Origin: Massalongia carnosa
Taxonomy: Eukaryota
Assembly (NCBI GenBank): GCA_965645245.1
Contig: OZ287068.1
Coordinates: 310,001-374,000, forward strand
Direction of reading: 5' to 3'
Length of the DNA stretch: 64,000 nucleotides
The notes beneath the pieces are model-generated. The model ran no database searches. It saw only the letters and a program-made list of their open reading frames with translations, and was not told the DNA's origin. Shown here piece by piece: positions 12,348 through 24,453 of this stretch. Position 1 is the first letter of the stretch. Each line of letters begins with the position of its first letter. Position numbers and translations under genes: made by a program.

Positions 12348-13360
12348 TTGTGGGACGGCTAAGGCCGGATGTGGATTTCCCATGGAACTTTTACGACTTC
12401 GTGCAGCTGCTACTAAGAATAAGGACTGGGGGGAAAAAGCTTTGATGACGGTAAAAGCTGATAAGAAATTAAACATTGAAGAAGGCGATGTGTTGTGTTT
12501 AGCTTGGGTGGATTTATTCACAGTACAATTTATGACTACTACTCATTCCATTGAGGATTTGTCAACTGTCGTCTATAAAGATTCTCGGCGTCGTCATGGA
12601 ATTCCCAAAGATTTAGCTGTTACTATTAATGGTGATGCTAATGAAAAGAAGCTTCCATTTCCAATGCCTATCGTCGAATACAATCAACACATGGGTGGGT
12701 CGGATGGTAATGCACAACAACGATCGTACTATAATCCTCAGGCAGCTGACCGCCGCTATTGGTGGCCTTTATTCATTTTTCTTTTGAAAGCAGCCGTGTT
12801 GAACGCCTTCAAGCTTTGGCAAATTCTGTACCCTAATTCAGCGTTGAGTCATCGAGATTTTCAACAAGAAATAGTGAAAGCTTTACTCACTAATCAGGCT
12901 GGTGCCCTACGAAAAGGCGTATTAGAAGTCGTGGTAATTTCTAATCGGAATGTCAAGTCGACTCCGTCCCCGTGCGAATGGGAGCATTTGTCTAAAAAAA
13001 CATATATTGCCTGTCCTGCAAAAGTCAACTACCACAGCTCAAGCGACGCCGACCATTAGAGGAAATGAATAAAATTGCACCAAAAGAAGACGCGCATCTC
13101 AGACCATGTGGCAATGTAAGAGCTGTGGGCCTTGCTGCAAAAGGGAGTCGTGTTGGGACATTTTACATAGCCGCTAGACATTTTACCTAGGTAATGATAG
13201 CGATGTACTTGTTTTTTACGAAAAGGGAAAATTCAGTAGATCTGATTGGTCGGATTAAAGTTATTAGTCATTACCCGACTGACGTTGCTGTAAAATTCAA
13301 TATTACCGAAATGGCTGCCATTCTGGCCAACGAAGGGATGGATACCTAAGAGTTTCCTTT

Positions 13361-14060
13361 TCAGCGTTTGGACGCCAGTCCTTGCATAAGTTTTTGTAGG
13401 AGGCCAATGCTGACATCCTTTTCTACGCGATTTTCGCTACCAGTCCGGATGATGTTGAACACTAGCTTAAGATTTTCCAGGTCCTTCGCTTGAAAAAGCC
13501 ATGGCTCATTCGCCATGTTCTTTAGTATGGATAACTCGATGGTACGGCCAGCCTCAAGAAGAAACTTTACTATTGATAAATGTCCTTCAACACAAGCAAC
13601 AACTAATGGTCAACCATGCGCTTTTTCCGTCAAATCTATGTTGACTTTCTCATAGGACAAAGCGTCAAGCATAAGCTTCACATAAGTTTCATGTCTATTT
13701 CGTGCTGCAACGTATAGAGCTGTCTCTCCACACGCATCCTGGTGCAGGGGGCCAGGAAATAATTGCAAATTTCGGATTTGCACTTTGCTATCGCTATTGT
13801 CCCCTCTAAAATATGCCAACAAAACTCTCGTAATAGCGGGATGGCCGCCGATAACCCCTAAATGTAAAAGGCGTATAACCGAGATGATCTTGTGACAGAA
13901 CGACGTGCAAGGCTATTGCAAAATGGGATTCACTCCGGTTATCGATAAACTCTAAATGGTAGAAAGACCTAGGCAGCAGCATGATGAAGGGTAGACGACC
14001 AAATGAATCAATGTCTTCGACTGCCCATTGATCTGAGCGAAGCCAGCCTGGGGTTTCCAC
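13361..14060 (-). pseudogene. Ankyrin-repeat protein relic
   Basis: DACGETALYVAARNRHETYVKLML, then AHG*PLVVACVEGHLSIVKFLLEAG across the TGA at 13610-13612. Several breaks. Confidence 0.7.
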
Positions 14061-15456
14061 TCAGGGGTTTGACGCCTATAGAAAGATAAACCGACTCATC
14101 ACAGATGAAACGATCCCATATCTTCTATCGTACAGTTGCCTGTTTCGGTTAGCTCGCTTGGTTTAAAGGAGTGCGTTAGCCGGAATCGGAGAAGCACGGA
14201 TATCAAAGAATTACCGAGGACTAACTAAGCTAACTACTTAAGGAAGAGGCGTTTACGTCTTCTACTCTTTTAGACACCTCCATATTACTATAAATCCATG
14301 ATGAATTAGATACGGATTATTTTCGATGATATCTTATCAAGCACATCATTTTATACTCATAGAATCAATACCTTGTCGAAACGACGACAACTTTAGAAAC
14401 GACGTATAGTACTTGCCTCAGTACCTCAGACCTGCCCTCCCTCGCCACAACTACTAAGCCTTTCGGCAACAAAGGAGAAAACCAAAACTACCACCCCACC
14501 ATTGAACCAGCGCTGATAGGAATTGAGCCTATTATGATAATGAGTAAAATCGCTCATGCGTAAGGTGACTAAGTATTGCAGAATAAGACGAGCTGTCATT
14601 GAACCAAAATGCCGACATCGATGGTGGAACAATAGTTCAACTCCACGCAAGACATGATAAGCCGATGAGCTGACCACCGACAAACGTTGATTAGCAGTAG
14701 CATCACTTAATAGCGCGAATCAGGCAAACGAGGCAAATGGAGTATAGACAAGGCTCGGTTTTGATTCCCAGCGAACCTATGACATCTTGAGAAAACCCAT
14801 CTGCTTTAGTTAGGTATCTGTCAAGGCAGGGAATCAAATCCATCTCAATGAATATTGTGGTGCTGGGGGAGGTTTTGTTAGCGCGGTACAAACACGGATA
14901 ACAACACGCCAATATTTTGTGCAGAAGGATCAATTCTTAGAAACACACCATATTTAATTGGTGGATACATGTAAAATTGACTCAAATCGTTGCGTTTTCA
15001 CCACCCCCTGTATGTAGCGCGCTAATAAGTAACCTGCCGGATACCGCAGTAAACCTGACTAATCAGGAAGCTCACAGCCGAGTTGGATCGCACCTAATCA
15101 GCACCGCGACAAGGCTACATACAACTTGTGAGGAAAGAGCCAATCTCGAACATCACAATACGACAAGGCACAATCATACCCAACCACCTGCCTTCTTCTT
15201 ACAGGATCTGCGATGGCCTCGATTCATGGCTACTTCCAACTTGGAGCTGTGTGCTTTTGGTGGTGGTCCCATCATGTTTGACCTGGAGGCTCTTGGTTAG
15301 CCTTGGCGTCCCCTATAAATTGTTATGTATTCTCCAAAACGCCTCCTTGGATTGCTTCTATTTGGAACTCAAAGTTGAAGGCTTTGATTTGCAGTTCATC
15401 AGTTTCTTGATCGACATTCCGCCGTGCCAATCGACATAAAGTAACAGCCCGCAATT

Positions 15457-16994
15457 ATGACCATGTTGGAGGAGAAATGTAATGCGAAAGCTACAGTCTC
15501 GGCATCACTCACAATTCTTGACAGAGGTGATGGTGATGTTGAAAAACTGGCGGGGACAGACGGATTCCAGACGACTTCTTCGTCCAATTCCACTGTAGTC
15601 GCCTCCGATGACTCCAGCTCGTCAAGCTTCCGGACATGGGCGAGAGGATTCCGAGGCAAACGGATTTCGAGTGGGACTCTCCCATACCCCCGCCCCTCCA
15701 TCTTCTCTCGATTGAAGGGTTACTTAAGGTTCAATTCACGAGCGGAAGGTCGAACGATCTCTATAAATAATTGGTACGAACGGTGTCGCGTTGGCATCTC
15801 TCGGGTCAATAATGGATACACTCCGCTTATCCTCCTCATGACCTTCGTCAACATTCTACACGCTGTTTGGCAATATTATTACATGCAGGCTAATTTACGA
15901 CCGTACGACTTCACGACGCTTGTCAACAACAGCCATGGATGGGGATCTTTCGTGGCATTTCTTTTCATCGTTGGATGCATTTTGATTTATCCCAATGGCT
16001 TCGCAGCGATTTTCATGCATGTCCTTTTCAAGACTGCCCTCCCGGAAAAGGTCCATAAATGGGGGATGGCGCAAAAGCAGATGCATATCACAAGAGTGGC
16101 GAGGCGCCTTCTCTCTTGGTTTTTATTAGGAACAGGTGCCCTTCTTTGGCTCGCGTTAGGGTTGCTGATTACATTCGGGCCATTCGTAGGGCAAGTGTCT
16201 TCCCCTATCGTTGAGATATATATGTGCTGATACGGACTCTAGACCTTTCGTGACTGTCCCGGTGGGGTGGAAGTTTAAATTTCGAGATTCCTGCCAAGAT
16301 TTCGGAGTCAGAGTCTGGCTCGATTCCAAACGTAAACCCAGCGCTCGCCTCTCATCACATCCAGAACGTTGCTAACATTTCCGCAGTAAGTAGCCCTGCC
16401 ACGTCTGTAGAGTTCAGGCAGTTCGAGCCGCAAAACGTATACCGAATGCAATTCAGGCCCAATCCGCAAGAATCCAACGACTTCTACAAGTGAGTATATC
16501 CACATGCAATCGAGGTGCACTAGCTCAATGGATTTAGCGTATTCTCTCTCGACCCCGGCTACCTTCCCGGAGCGGCGTCCTTCGTCCCAAATTACGACTC
16601 CGTCCATTACAACTTCACCGATCTGACCTACTCCACCAAGCTCGGCAACAACACCATCCACAGCGGCGGCTTCGAGCTCCATCCTCGTCTCCGTCTACCC
16701 GATCTCCACCTCGAGGCCGACATCCAGGGTTTCGCCAGGAGCGCCTCCTATGAGCCATTTTTGAAGGTCTACTCGACCGCGAGCAACGAGGCGATCCTTG
16801 ATGAGAAACGCGCTTGGTCCGACAACACCAACGTCATGCTGCGCACGGCACAGTTCAGCGTCAATGATAAGTTGCAGGTCTGCGCGAGAAGTAGGGCGGA
16901 TGAGTTGGAGGGCTTGGGGGACATGACCCCTGTGCCGGTTGGGTTGTTGATCTTAGTCAGGGCTGGGAGGGAAATCCCTATTGTGTCTTCGTAG
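15457..16994 (+). CDS. Hypothetical multi-pass membrane protein, about 460 aa, 4 exons
   Basis: Exons 15457-16190, 16243-16331, 16387-16489 and 16538-16994 join in frame. The first intron is GC-AG. Three hydrophobic segments in exon 1. Confidence 0.7.
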
Positions 16995-17264
16995 CGTTAG
17001 GTAACAGGGCGGACTCCGTCTTTCGTGAAACACGGCTGGAATGGGAGGCAACACGGTCATGAAATGTTGCGTTAATCAGCACCAGAACATAATGCCTTTT
17101 GGTCAGCTCGCCCCAGCCTTGTCCGAAACGAGGACAGGTACATGCTACAGTGCACCGTCCGGGATTACTACTCTTTACGCTATGCCTCGTGTCTTACTTG
17201 AGCCGTCATGTAGGCGCTCTGCCTGCCCCGTTAGCACATCATCCCCATCCACACAGCTTCCCCC

Positions 17265-18349
17265 TCAATCCCCCCTCCCCATCCACCTCCCAAACATCCG
17301 CTTCGCATTCCCCGCCAACGCCCCTACGCTCTTTTTCGCCAAAGCCAACCCGCCCGCAAGCGCAATCCCACATCCCACGGCCCCGACGGCCCCGAACACG
17401 CCCGCAGCCGCCCCGGCCATGGCCGCGCCTTGCAAGAATGCAAACGGGGACCCGGCCGCCACGGCTCCCAGCGATGCCTGCCACGCGGTCGCTATGCTGC
17501 CGGCAACGGGTCCGGTCGCGCTGAATCCTATCACGCCTAGAATCCCGGGAGCGGCTAAGCTCAAAATGATCAGTGCGCTACCAAACAAAATGGCGTACGA
17601 TTGGACCCGATGGGCGCGAATCCAGGCGCCCAAGGCGTCCATCGTTTGCGACAGCGCCGCGCCGCAGTTTCGCACTGCTTGGAGTTAGCTTTCGCTTCTG
17701 AGGGTCGTGTGGTGTTTGGGGGGGAAGAGGGGTGTGCCTACGTACTGTATTGTTGGAGAATGATTGCGGACATAAGACGCGGGTTGAGTAGACCGGCAAC
17801 ATTCGCTTGAGATCCGACTTGCTTTACAACGTTGTATGGGATCGCCCGAGCCAGAGACCCGCTAGCGGTTCGGAGTAATGGCGATACCTCATCCGTAGGG
17901 TCTATTGTTTCCTGCTGTGCTTGAATTCGAGCCACGAATTCTGCTGGGGATGGGGTAGAGCTAGCCGGCTCGACAGATGCATGGTGTTCTGTGTCCACCG
18001 GGCCATTCGGACCGGAAACGAATGCTGGGGAGATGGCGATTCCATCTTTTCCATCCGTCTTGTTCGGGTGGGTATGTTCTAATGTTTCCGACATTTCTAG
18101 GTAGCCGGACACTGTTTGCGAGGCTGGTGGGTCGTCGTTGTAGATTGGCTCTTTCTCGGGAAAGCAGCGTCTAGAGTTGCTCTGGGATATGATGGATTTG
18201 GGACTTGGGCTTGGTTGTAGATGCTGAGTCGTCGACGACGACGACGACGATGATGATGATAAGGAATAGCGATGGATAATCGAACGATGAAGATATAAAA
18301 TGAAAAGTGAACAATGATAACGTTGGAAAGTGGACCAAGGTGTAGTCAT
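17265..18349 (-). CDS. Ifi-6-16 (ISG12/IFI27-like) family Gly/Ala-rich membrane protein; start codon uncertain
   Basis: Motif GVIGFSATGPVAGSIATAWQASLGAVAAGSPFAFLQGAAMAG. Intron 17745-17675 (GTACGT..GCTAAC..CAG) joins ORFs 17738..18349 and 17265..17675. Confidence 0.72.
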
Positions 18350-19058
18350 GTAGTTTTTATCACTTTAACTATGTATGTACATCATGTTGGAACAAGAAAC
18401 TAAAGGGCAAGTGATGTTTTTATTTATACCTCACAAACCAGAACATATCGCTCTACCTCTTCCATTTTGCTGCATTGATTGATTGATGCCTAAACGCATA
18501 ACCACCGCAGCTGTCTGTATGTGTTTTGCCGCAATGTGGCGCCCCGGCGGCTCGCTCAGGTTTCACCACCAGGGAACGACTGATTCGTTCTCCTTGACTG
18601 TGTACATTTCTGGGTTCTTGCGTCTGTCTAATCAATCGATCAATCGCTAGGTATTGTTAGCTAGGTAGGTAGGTCGCCGAGCGGTTAATTCCGAAACGTG
18701 TTGCCTGCCTTAGAAAGATAGAAATTCTTTGTTTAACCTACTCTGTACTCCGCACGGCTTTTCTGTAAGGCTTCTCCTGGCTATGAATGTCTGTCTACCT
18801 ACGAGAAAGATTCGCGCGTTATTTGTAGCGTGTGAGCGTGTATGGTTAGTTTTGCCCATAAACGACGAGCGCCAAAAGTTCCGTGCACTAGTCCAGGTTA
18901 GGGCATCACGTGGGCATATATTCCCTGGAGTTGTAAACAGAGGTACACAGGTACAGAGTACAGAGTACCTACCTCATCCCAAAACGCATGCTTTTCTGAC
19001 TTATCGCTAGTCTCCGTCCACGCTGCATGAAAATAAGAAACTATTTATCATCATCAAA

Positions 19059-19556
19059 ATGTTCGATCCAGAGGACCTGGAAAAAGAGATATCCCGCCAA
19101 TTCACCGAAGAAACCCTGAGGGATTTCCGGGCTTTACGGGTGGACATGGGAACCGCGCGCCAGGGGATGATCCGAAAAATCCACGAGCGATATCGAGGAA
19201 ACCTGCAGCTCATGATGCGCGTGGTGACGAAAACCCTCCAAGGCCGCCAGCGCTCCCGAGACCCGCGATATCTCGACATGGCCGAGCGCGGGTTCCAGGT
19301 CGCGCGCCGAGACATCGACGAGGTCGAGCGGTATTTCAAGAAGGCACACGCGCATCATCTGGAGAGCCTGCGTCGCATAAACCGGTGGGTGGACGAGCAC
19401 GATGGCTCCGTCCTGGAACGGGCAAAGGGCATGGGAATCATCGGGCAAGCGAGCGTGAATCGCGTTGTTCATGGGAATTTGCCCTATTTCGCCTTGCGCG
19501 GCGTACTGGGCGTGCTGCGGTTTACGACGTATACGTTGTTCAGGAGTAGCCTGTGA
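19059..19556 (+). CDS. Hypothetical protein, 165 aa, predicted helical
   Basis: GC-rich ORF with a good start context (caaaATG) and a charged, amphipathic composition. No family recognised. Confidence 0.55.
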   Translation: MFDPEDLEKEISRQFTEETLRDFRALRVDMGTARQGMIRKIHERYRGNLQLMMRVVTKTLQGRQRSRDPRYLDMAERGFQVARRDIDEVERYFKKAHAHHLESLRRINRWVDEHDGSVLERAKGMGIIGQASVNRVVHGNLPYFALRGVLGVLRFTTYTLFRSSL

Positions 19557-22174
19557 TGTGCGTGGAGCGATCGTCGGGTTCGGTTGGGAGGCTCGTTCTT
19601 CGCATGGGGGTTATGGATGGGAGTCTACGCGACGACAGGCGTTTGTTGGGATAATCGATTTTAAAGAGATGGGATTAGTCATGACTGTCTTGATGCTATG
19701 TGTGATTCGATTCTACGTCTTAGCTTTGCGTTCCTGAGGGCTCTTGCATCTTTACCGCACCATTCATGGATTCCGTAACGTCGCCTTCGCTCTAGAAATC
19801 AGGGCCGCAGCATCAATCTATATCCGAAAAAGACAAAGTCGGGAAAAGCGGTGCTTTAACCCTTTTTTTTTTTTGCGCCCGAGACCTCTCCACGACGAGG
19901 TGCCGCCTGGCGATACCATCCAAGGCGTTGATCCATCTTTACAGTAGCCCTATACTGAGCGCTAGGCTTCTCTTAAGTGCTGATGTTTCAACTATCAGCT
20001 TGTGTCTCTAGAGTGGCCAAGTTGGAGAGCTGAAAGGGCTTGGTTTTTTCTTTCAAATAAAGGCCTACCATAAAATTGCTCGACTTACCTACTACCACCA
20101 ATGACTCTCTCTGCACCTACCTCGAAACCCACCCAAACTGTTCCACTCCATGACCTAAAAGGAAATCCAATTCCATCTCCAACTATACCAAAAGACTCCC
20201 TCCAACCTCGTTGGCTATCGCCAAGTACGTTCCTCCCACCAGAGCCCTCTACCCTCAATAAATCCAGTTCCGTCCGTACATACAAGATTCAAGAGAGGCA
20301 GACTGAACAGACAGCACCCGAAATTTCCCTCAACCTTCTGCCTTTGGCCAACCCTGAAGAAAAATAAGACAAAGAATAGTTCCTACGGCCGCTCAAAATC
20401 CGGTTTTGAAATGTGCGCTTTCCTTTTGAACCCTCCCCCCCCCCCCGGCTGATGTATTCTTACCCCCCTGGACCTGTTAGAAAGAAGAAATTGCCAGGAA
20501 AAGATACCTACATCGCATGCACAGAGTACCTATCAGGATTAAAGGGGGAAAGAGGAAGGGGGATAACAGAAAGTACCGGCGAAGATAATAGCCACCAGGA
20601 AAGATTGAAAAAGCCGGGTGGGTGAGAGAGAGTTTTTTAATGGCAGGGCAGGGCGCAGAGAGTGAAAGAAACAGGGGGGTTAGTAGTAGAAAACGCCTCG
20701 AAATGAAAAATCTACCTATCCCTAACCCAACCTACGTACCAGGGAACCGCAAGATCCAAAAATGCATAGACCTCGTTCCCTCCCTATGTATATAGCACAC
20801 TTTTTGTCAAATGAATGAAATATCTCGGCAAAGGAACTTATCTTTTTCGGAGCCGAATGTGCCCTGACCTTCCACTCCACCACGACGACGACAACGATGA
20901 CAAAGCATACATGCAAGCACGCAAGCAGCCCTATCTAGATACCTCCCCTACGCTTCCAACATACCCAGGCCCCTAACAGCACGCAGCGCACTCCAAGCGC
21001 ACTCCTCGGGCTGGGCGGATAAAATTACCAGTAACCAAGTAAGGCGATGTAGGGCGGAGTGAAAACGGGAGAATAAAATGATGATAACGACGGCGATGGT
21101 ATTGCCTAGCCGCGAGGTTACAGGCCCTAAGAGCGAGAGTGGATATGGGATGGTAGGTATAGTTGTTTTGCGGGCGGCGGTTCGAGTCAAGTCGAGGCGA
21201 GGCGAGGCTAGGCTAGGGTTTGGGGTTTTGGGTTTCATGGATTCTGAGTAGTGGAGGGGAGTATCGAGATGTGATGGGATGGGTATGATAGATAGATAGA
21301 TGATCAAGGGGGTCATGTTGCTAGGGGTTTTGGGGGGGGGTGTTTTTTTGCGAGAGACAACGAGCTTAGGAAGGTAGGGGTCTTGGAGCAGGAAATAGTC
21401 GGGTGGTGCAGGGTTTGTGATGGGAATAGGGTGGATGTTTGCACGCATGCAAGCACGATATAGCGAAAGATGGAGAGGGGGATAACACCCGAACGACAAG
21501 AAAACAACTAGGATGTGCAACCCGAATTATTCCAGCACCATGAAGGATATGTATGTATAGGAGCCTCCCTCCGTAAATCGGTAATCAGCCAAGTTTCGCC
21601 TCCACGAAAACGGGCCACAGGAATTCGGGGGGGGGGGGTTAAGAGGAAGGAAAGCGACAATCTAGATGGCTTTGGGGATTTAGGTGCTTTGTGTCTCGCT
21701 ATGGTGGGGGCCCGGGAAGTGTCGAGGAATCCAGTTCGTCCGTTCAACAGGTATGCTAAATCGGAGCGTTCGATACGATTTCCAGAATCCGTACTTTATA
21801 TTCCTCCCGTATGTTGCTTGCGGGGGGGGCTCCTCCTAGGTAAATATCGAGCGGTAGGCCGCTAGATGGTTTTAAAAGATCGCTCTTGGATGCAGGGGAA
21901 TGTGTGTGTGAGTGAGGGGGGGGGGGGTTTATATGCACGGAGGAAGCTGGATGCTGTTCCACAAGAAGATAGGACTTGCTGGCCATTGCTGTGTGTTTTT
22001 TTCTTCTTTTTTTCCTTGATTGAATCCAGTGGTTGCTTTTCCAGCTTCTGCTAGTTTGCCCGTCGCTTTCAGACTTCATCCGAGATAATCCCCTCAAAAA
22101 TATATCTATTTCTGTGCCATTGTGACATGTGGGAAAAGGAAATCTTGGTTTCCCCCAAAATCAAGAAATGACAA

Positions 22175-23116
22175 TCAGTTCCCTGTCACAACTCTTTTTG
22201 TATCTCGCAGGTATTTGGAGGGTATGTCGCTCGATGACTTCTCTATGGGTACGGCATCAAAGTCGTACAAATGAAGCCGGGCGTAATCTATGTGCATCGC
22301 AACGTCCTCCAACAGTCGGGCCCTCAACCTCACGAAATTCGTCACGTTCCAGTCCACCATGGCCAGCCGGAGGTCTCTGAGAGCCATTTCAAACATCATA
22401 AAGCCTCCTATGTATCGGTACACCGCGTTGTACATTTCTCCCAGATTCTCGGACTGCGTGTTTCCAAGTATCACCTCCGTCAAGCCTTCGGTGTACGATG
22501 GCGGCACGCCGTGAAAAGCCACGCTTTGCAGGTTTCGCAGCATGCCAAATGGTCCAAGCACAGCGCGCCAGCAGTTGTTCTTGTCCAGCGAATAGTGAAT
22601 ACTCAAGTGTTTTATTGCACATATTCTGTGCAACAACCAGCATATTCTTCGTACAGCGGAAATCACAGGCGAAGGCCTAGCTCGAGGCAACTCGATCGCA
22701 ATCTCGAATCTCTTGAAGTTTGTGATACAACGGTTGTATACATTAGGCTTGCCCTCTGCAACGTCGAATTTTAGAAGACCAGATTTGGCTTGGGGTTGTT
22801 CTAGGGTTTGTTTGCGGTAACAGATGTAGATACCAATCGTATTCTCTCCGTATAGAATAGATCTTCCTTCCAAGTACAGTTGCCGACAGACCCCAAGGAT
22901 AGCCAGCGAGAGTCGATAATGCCCCGGGGGGATCCATACAGGCAGGGTTGGTACGCGAGAGCCATCTGCAGAATCTTCCGGTTCAAGATCGGTGCCAAGG
23001 GGGCATTCTGCCACAAGAAGTAAGCGATATATCATGTTTCTGACTTCAGCCGGCAGAAAGAGAAATTTTGGCCTGGCTGAGAGATGGGCTTGGCCTTTAG
23101 CTTCTATTTCGGCCAT
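22175..23116 (-). CDS. Fungal F-box-like domain protein
   Basis: N-terminal KFLFLPAEVRNMIYRLLL and LAILGVCRQLYLEGRSILYGEN, both typical of this ascomycete family. Likely ATG at 23116. Confidence 0.75.
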   Translation of the reverse strand: MAEIEAKGQAHLSARPKFLFLPAEVRNMIYRLLLVAECPLGTDLEPEDSADGSRVPTLPVWIPPGHYRLSLAILGVCRQLYLEGRSILYGENTIGIYICYRKQTLEQPQAKSGLLKFDVAEGKPNVYNRCITNFKRFEIAIELPRARPSPVISAVRRICWLLHRICAIKHLSIHYSLDKNNCWRAVLGPFGMLRNLQSVAFHGVPPSYTEGLTEVILGNTQSENLGEMYNAVYRYIGGFMMFEMALRDLRLAMVDWNVTNFVRLRARLLEDVAMHIDYARLHLYDFDAVPIEKSSSDIPSKYLRDTKRVVTGN

Positions 23117-24453
23117 TCTTGCGATGGTGAGAACCCTGGACCCAAGTGAACAAGAAGATGAGGCTTTTGTTATGAGCAGCAAGAAATGATCTCAAACTAA
23201 GGAATACACTGGTTGCAACGATCCCCACAGGTCTACATTGATAATGAACTTTGTTCTTGAGCATTGGATCGACGTTGATTTCTCTCAATATGAACTGACA
23301 GAGTTAAATCATTAGATGTCCAGATCTTCGATTGACGACTGTGAATCATAAAGTGATCTTGAATTCACCTACGTAGAGAAAGATTGTGATCGGATGTTAA
23401 CTGAATTCATACATACCTTAACACAATTGCTCAATTTTACGGGTTCACTAATAACGAAGAAAGATGAATCCGTCAAAAGCTTCATACACAAATCCAACAG
23501 CATGATACTCGTGAGCTACATGGAACATAATGAAGCATAATGCCTGTAGCGACAAACACCATTTCATATGAAGAACATCAATTAGATAACCCTTTCTGTC
23601 TCTTCATGTAGTTGGCCAAGTACCTGAGATCGTGATGCCCAAAGTATCACACTTATCTTGATCCTTAAAGGAGAAATATGATACATGTATAACGAAAAGA
23701 TTAGAGTCTTGCGCATCTCAAAAGGAAAAATGTTTATAATATGGAAATAACAAACTTCAAATAAGGCTGTGAAACCAACAATTAGAGAAAGGAAGAATCT
23801 CTCTAGTTACGGCTCGAGCTGTCTCTAGGATTAGCCTCATTAATTGGGCCAAAGGTTCTCATTTGAACCACTCAACTTACCATATATGGATCGCTGGAGA
23901 TGTATCTTGCGTACACTTAAACGGTTCCCTGTTACCCATGCCCAATTCGCTGTCAGCGACTCTAACCCAAGTCTAGTACAAGGAGGCCCAAGATTCAGCG
24001 CTCCTTCGCCTGGTGTCCTCTTAGCTGCGTTATAGCTTGGCTCTGCGCATCTCTTTAGATAACATGGACACTAGTATTGCTAGCGACTATCCTCAAAATG
24101 GTCTTCGCGCTGGTTGCTTCAGCTTTCTGCAATGGGTTAAAGTGAATCCGAAGACCAATTGAAAGGTACTGTCCTCCTGCTATACAGCCTCGTAAGCGGT
24201 CTCATCATTGTGTATCCAACGGCTTGCCCTTCATGCTTCCAGCCCAACAAAGACGCAGCGTGTATCTTAGGGTTAGGTCTAGAGACAGCAATACAGTTCA
24301 GGATCCACCAGATAGGAGACTGGATGAGCCCGGTAAAGTCTCTTGCCTGGCAATGCAACTGATAGCTGGTAGAAATATGGCTGAATATATGATTGAATGT
24401 GTATCATGGTACAGAGAGCATATTAGCGCGCATTCTCCTAAGTGGGCAATACA

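Larger units (their letters stand above)
10309..13177 (+). pseudogene. piggyBac-family (DDE_Tnp_1_7-like) transposase pseudogene, with an intron and an LTR-like insertion
   Basis: Motifs SIDEQLILFRGR, LDNFFTS, IGACGT and EYNQHMGGSD, plus a C-terminal Cys-rich region (CLSC...CKSCGPCC...CW..LH) reached through frameshifts after ~13000. TAA stops at 10372 and 10390. Intron 11074-11127 (GTAAG..TACTGAC..TAG). Confidence 0.9.

Noticed and set aside
19700..22150. Many short ORFs in purine-run and G-run-rich DNA (likewise 41.8-44 kb and 49.2-51.1 kb)
   Set aside because: Low-complexity intergenic sequence without codon or splice support.
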